Shown: positions 59,966 through 64,000 of the stretch, piece after piece
How positions within the stretch are numbered: position 1 is the stretch's first letter
How the letters are laid out: each line of letters begins with the position of its first letter
Origin: a virus
Lineage: Duplodnaviria; Caudoviricetes
Virus record (IMG/VR): IMGVR_UViG_3300036546_000248
Strand: one strand, 5' to 3'
Length of the DNA: 64,000 bases
Notes under the pieces: generated by a model
What the model saw: the letters and a program-made list of their open reading frames with translations, nothing else
The model's database searches: none
Told to the model about the DNA's origin: nothing
Position numbers and translations under genes: made by a program

Positions 59966-60721
59966 ATGACTCTTAAAAAACCCCCGTATCAAGAAGGTCC
60001 CGATAGCACCTTCCGTCATATGGACAAAGATTACCAACTCGACCCCCTACTAGCCGATGCTGCGAAGTTACCTGTCAAACAAGTCCATACCAACCAATTG
60101 GAATGGAACTTACGTTTCGGGGAACCGGACCCCATCCGCTTGAAAGAGGCTGATACCCGGTACCCCATCATCATCACTGAAGAGCCTCGGTTTGGTTGGG
60201 TGATCCTTGATGGCTTTCACCGCTTCTGTAAGCTGATCGAACAAAAACGCACTACCTGTTCGGTACGGATCATTCCCAGAGAGTGGCTCAAACGCTACAG
60301 GGTGTCTCTGGAGAGCGATTCACCCATCACGGTAGGTCGAGCTACCTTAGATCAAGCTAAAGCCTTCCTGGAGCCTCTGGGGATCATTTACAACCTCCCT
60401 CAAATGGGTGCCATCAACTACTCAGACGTCCCGCACCAATACACCTTCGCCTACCAGCAAGAACAACCCGTAGGACTTCTGATCACCACCACCTTACACA
60501 ACGACTTCGTGTCTTTGAACGTCAACCCAGAAGCAGACTACATCCACGTAGGCGGTACGCTGTTAAATTCTGTAAGGATCAATCAGGTATTGGTCAGGAC
60601 AGAGGACGAGGCGTTAAACAGCCTACTCAAGTATGCAGGGTATCGCCTGGCTGAGTCTTTGGTGAAGTATAACCTTTACCGTAAAGTCTTCTCTGCCTCT
60701 GAGTTCCTCTCTATTCAGTGA
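59966..60721 (+). CDS. ParB-like domain fused to a GNAT-like domain
   Basis: PIII...ILDGFHR; C-terminal VG.L...LNVNPE...VGGTLL. Confidence 0.55.
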   Translation: MTLKKPPYQEGPDSTFRHMDKDYQLDPLLADAAKLPVKQVHTNQLEWNLRFGEPDPIRLKEADTRYPIIITEEPRFGWVILDGFHRFCKLIEQKRTTCSVRIIPREWLKRYRVSLESDSPITVGRATLDQAKAFLEPLGIIYNLPQMGAINYSDVPHQYTFAYQQEQPVGLLITTTLHNDFVSLNVNPEADYIHVGGTLLNSVRINQVLVRTEDEALNSLLKYAGYRLAESLVKYNLYRKVFSASEFLSIQ

Positions 60722-60733
60722 AAAAAAAAAGCA

Positions 60734-60775
60734 GGGCATAAAAGCTACAGGGGAGCTAGGCTCCCCTGTATGCCG
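60734..60775. terminator. Bidirectional terminator with TATGCC boxes on both sides
   Basis: TACAGGGGAGC-TAG-GCTCCCCTGTA. Confidence 0.85.
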
Positions 60776-61105
60776 TTACCACACGTAGTTACGAGCAGCA
60801 GTAGCCGCTTGAGAGAAGTCCAAGTCGAACAAGAACGTTCCCACAGGCGTTACCGCCTGATACCGATGTGCACTCGGGGTTGGGTTAGACCGACGAGCAA
60901 AGAACTCAGGGTCTTCCAACTGTACCAAGACTTCATGATGACGTCCTACCACGTCTACCAGAGCACCCAGTACTTTAGGTTCCAGTCGCCCAGTCAGCTC
61001 CAGGTTACGACTAGGGTTTTCGCCGATTTTCTCACGGATGACCCGTAAGGCTTGAGCGTAGCGTGCACAGACGACTTCGTTATCTTTCCAGACGTTGTTT
61101 TTCAT
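60776..61105 (-). CDS. Hypothetical protein
   Basis: 109 aa; CAA-rich leader without an SD. Confidence 0.55.
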   Translation of the reverse strand: MKNNVWKDNEVVCARYAQALRVIREKIGENPSRNLELTGRLEPKVLGALVDVVGRHHEVLVQLEDPEFFARRSNPTPSAHRYQAVTPVGTFLFDLDFSQAATAARNYVW

Positions 61106-61580
61106 GTTAAGTGTTGGCTCGTTGTTGTTGGTTCACTTACACCCCAACTCCACTGGAGGTTACGTTGGTTAGGTGCTTGTGTTTAATAGGGTTAGTTAAC
61201 AGTAGAGACGTAAAAGGTTTTTCAAAAGCATAGGAAGGGAATCTTCGATTCCCTGCTCTTTAGCCCCCTTTCCCCCGCCAGTTCATGGCCTTTACGCTAC
61301 GCTCCAAGACCATTCACGCGAGTGAAATGGGATTGGTTTAGCTGTCAGTCAGTCCTAGTATCTCCGCTTACGCTTCGCTACTACTCCTTCCTTCCGCTTT
61401 TATGTCAAAGCCATACCGAAGTAATGTAAAAAAATACTGACACAGGAAAACAAGACTAGATAACCCTAAGAGATACCCCAGAGGGGATCTAAAAAAGCAA
61501 ACATTTATCTATGCCCCGCCGCCCCGCGCTGCCCGCCGGCATAACCGGGCGCAACGGCCGAAGCCGCCCGCCCAGCCTAC

Positions 61581-62069
61581 TTAGCACGCTGTGGCTACGT
61601 ACAAGGCAGCATCTTCCAGAGAAGTCACTACCGCGATGCCTTTCTGTCGCAATGCGTCCACCGCCAGCGCCTCAGGACGCTTGGTGACCACCACCGAGTT
61701 CTCAGGGTTGTTCATCGCAGCGTTCAGAAATTCTTCCTGAACAGCCTGACCCAGATCCTCTTCAGGCAGTACATACACCTGAGTGGCTTCACTCAACAAC
61801 TCTTCGGTGAGTTCGGCTGCATGCTCTTGAAGCTGGATGGTTTCCAGCGAAGGGATTTCTACACCCCGCCCAGGTAGATTCCATACCCGGAACTCTTTGT
61901 AAGAGTCCTGGAGGATCTGCTCCCATTCACCCGATTGGATGTTGCCATGGAAGATCACACTGCGTTCAGGCTCGAAGCCCTCGAAGAGAGGATGTTCGAC
62001 GCTGTCGTCGTCCACCACGCTTTCTTCGTGATTTTCCATACTGAGTTGGAAGATGTCACGGACGCTCAT
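61581..62069 (-). CDS. Acidic, probably virion protein
   Basis: 162 aa; LSMEN propeptide-like motif; GAGG RBS; GC-rich UUCG terminator 61547-61573. Confidence 0.6.
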   Translation of the reverse strand: MSVRDIFQLSMENHEESVVDDDSVEHPLFEGFEPERSVIFHGNIQSGEWEQILQDSYKEFRVWNLPGRGVEIPSLETIQLQEHAAELTEELLSEATQVYVLPEEDLGQAVQEEFLNAAMNNPENSVVVTKRPEALAVDALRQKGIAVVTSLEDAALYVATAC

Positions 62070-62157
62070 TGTCGGTACCTCAGCTAGTGGCTAAGAATGT
62101 GGATAAAAAAAAGAAGAGTCGAGCGCATCCCTTAGGATGCACCCGACTTCATAGGTA

Positions 62158-62664
62158 TTACGTTGTGGTGATGAAATTGCGCAGATAGACTTTACGGCTG
62201 AAACCAACGTTCTGAGCAAAGAGGATCAGGAGGTGTCCGTCACCACTTTCTTCTGGACACAAGGCCACATTGATACCCGCAGCTTCCAAGCGAACCAGGT
62301 TCTTACGGATTAGGCCTACATCAGACACCAACAGTGCTCGAGCCGAAGTCATCATCGCATTGATGTGGCTAGAGAGGTCCAGGCGCAGCTCTGGGGTGTC
62401 TTTACCTTGCAGTGCAGACTTCAGGACATCGAAGCGCAGGATCAGGCTTCCTACGGCATCGGTCTTGAACGTTGGACGAATGGCGTCGGTTACCACACGC
62501 TGTTCTTGTGTCGGTGTCGCCTCATGGTGCGCCATGTCCGCAGCCAAGTCATTACCCTTGTGTTGAGACCCTTCACTTTCCATAAAGGTCTGTAGGTTCT
62601 GGTTCAATGCATCCATGTCCAGATGGAAGTGGGTATCGGTGTTCAGAGTGTCGATGGTATTCAT
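62158..62664 (-). CDS. Hypothetical protein
   Basis: 168 aa; AAGGA RBS. Confidence 0.6.
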   Translation of the reverse strand: MNTIDTLNTDTHFHLDMDALNQNLQTFMESEGSQHKGNDLAADMAHHEATPTQEQRVVTDAIRPTFKTDAVGSLILRFDVLKSALQGKDTPELRLDLSSHINAMMTSARALLVSDVGLIRKNLVRLEAAGINVALCPEESGDGHLLILFAQNVGFSRKVYLRNFITTT

Positions 62665-62692
62665 GGTACTTTTCCTTAAAAGTCAGACAAGT

Positions 62693-62953
62693 TTATTCTT
62701 CGAAGCGTGCTTGGATATTCTTCAAGGTTTCAGCAGCTGCTTCTTCACCGTACTCTTTGCGTACGATATCGAGCATCTCCACAATCTCATCACGCAACAT
62801 GATGGTGGCGTTATAAGCAACGGTGACGTGTACCGCCTCATCGAAGTAGCGTTCAGAATCCTCCACCATCGGGAATCGGCGGAAGAGGTCAAACCACATA
62901 CGGGCAACTGCTACTTCAAACAGATACAGCTGTTCCAACAAACGGACCATCAC
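62693..62953 (-). CDS. Hypothetical protein
   Basis: 86 aa; GGAGG RBS. Confidence 0.6.
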   Translation of the reverse strand: MMVRLLEQLYLFEVAVARMWFDLFRRFPMVEDSERYFDEAVHVTVAYNATIMLRDEIVEMLDIVRKEYGEEAAAETLKNIQARFEE

Positions 62954-63001
62954 ACACCCTCCTTAGGGCTATAGACTGGGGTCCGAAGACCCCGACGGTT
63001 T

Positions 63002-63454
63002 TTACTGACCGACGTTCATCTGAGCGTAGGCTTTCTTGTTATAGCGATCGACCATGCTCTTCTGCATCTCAACCAAACGCAGACCGAGATTGGGGTTGCC
63101 GGGAATGCCGAGAATGGTATTGAACTCGTCGGAGGTGAGTTCGTTAGGATACATCCAACGCAGCTCCCGTGGTAGGTTGGTCACCACGATCACAGCATCG
63201 TGTGGTTGAACCTTATCAAGCTTCCGGGCACGGCGCTCGAATATCACCAGATTGCCCAGAGGACTGCCGATGATGATCCCATTACGCATCATGTTGTCCA
63301 CGAAGCGTACCACTTCACCGTCTTCCAACTCAAGGTCATCATGGACCAAGTGATCGAAATACCCGGTTCCGTTATTCCACTTGGGATCGAATGGTACGAA
63401 GCGTTCGATCTTGGCCAACACATTGTCGATCTGACGGATAGTGGGGTGAGTCAT
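63002..63454 (-). CDS. Hypothetical protein
   Basis: 150 aa; AGGAG RBS; early promoter upstream. Confidence 0.65.
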   Translation of the reverse strand: MTHPTIRQIDNVLAKIERFVPFDPKWNNGTGYFDHLVHDDLELEDGEVVRFVDNMMRNGIIIGSPLGNLVIFERRARKLDKVQPHDAVIVVTNLPRELRWMYPNELTSDEFNTILGIPGNPNLGLRLVEMQKSMVDRYNKKAYAQMNVGQ

Positions 63455-63513
63455 TGTGAATCTCCTGAGATTACGAGGGTTAATGAATAAGAGTTTGTAA
63501 CTTATTCCCTTGA

Positions 63514-63530
63514 GTAATATGTATTTGAAA
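63514..63530 (-). promoter_or_regulatory. phiKZ-type early promoter
   Basis: TTTCAAATACATATTAC on the minus strand. Confidence 0.65.
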
Positions 63531-63577
63531 ATATTTTATTTGGTATCCTGTGACTCCCAAGCCTTAGGACATAAACC

Positions 63578-64000
63578 ATGGCCTCCACTATCAAGGACAC
63601 CTTCAAGAAGGAATTGTCCTACCTTGAGATTGACAGTAAGTTGGTCAAACGGTTGGCCAATTTCAAACACAGCTTCATTAACCGCAACGACGACCACATC
63701 AAGTTCTTTGGGGGAAACCTCCTCGGGGTTGAAGTCGTCCGTTATCTGCAAGCCGACCGGGACACGTGGTTCGGGGAAGTGTTGGATATTGACGATGACG
63801 CCCTGACAGAATCACTCTACTCCTTGGAAGTGATCAACGAAGAATACAAACGTACCTCGGACGTGGTGAACCTCACCAGTGCGTGGTTGCTCCATGCGCT
63901 GTACACCTCCAGTAAGCTGACGGTGCGTGAGAAAGAACAAGCCATGATCGATGTGGCGTACATGCTTCAGGTCAAGTTCATCACCAGCATCTTCGCCCAC
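63578..64000 (+). CDS. Virion structural protein (phiKZ gp32-like), partial
   Basis: Read manually: MASTIKDTF...HIKFFGGNLLGV..., open to the window end; AGGA RBS. Confidence 0.75.
   Translation, partial: MASTIKDTFKKELSYLEIDSKLVKRLANFKHSFINRNDDHIKFFGGNLLGVEVVRYLQADRDTWFGEVLDIDDDALTESLYSLEVINEEYKRTSDVVNLTSAWLLHALYTSSKLTVREKEQAMIDVAYMLQVKFITSIFAH

Overview
A 64-kb segment of a nucleus-forming jumbo phage (phiKZ-like, Chimalliviridae; about 50% GC; host not determinable from this window). Gene order matches the phiKZ core from about gp91 down to gp32: virion structural genes, a split family-B DNA polymerase (two genes), a virion RNAP beta-prime fragment, an SF2 helicase, four non-virion RNAP subunits, the probable nuclear import factor PicA/Imp1, an SbcD nuclease, chimallin (chmA) and the PhuZ tubulin. 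phiKZ gp numbers are inferred from synteny, size and recalled motifs, not from database searches. Two group I introns not resolved by the ORF track split catalytic motifs: an ORF-less 357-nt intron in the DNA polymerase (DLD|IVSTYPN) and a 1390-nt HNH-carrying intron in the nvRNAP beta-prime gene (NADFDG|D). A free-standing tandem GIY-YIG endonuclease has its RBS and start codon buried in a hairpin. The least explained signals are several ORF-free, densely structured intervals bounded by phage promoter and terminator motifs that look like phage ncRNA genes. These include a ~170-nt RNA with a 13-nt perfect complement to the 16S rRNA 3' tail, a ~260-nt RNA with nine GCAG motifs beside small hairpins, and ~400-500-nt multi-domain candidates. 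A TTTTATGCCGC-like box recurs about 20 times beside terminator hairpins. An Arr-like ADP-ribosyltransferase and a DarG-like macrodomain are also present. No tRNA, rRNA, CRISPR array or reverse transcriptase was recognised.
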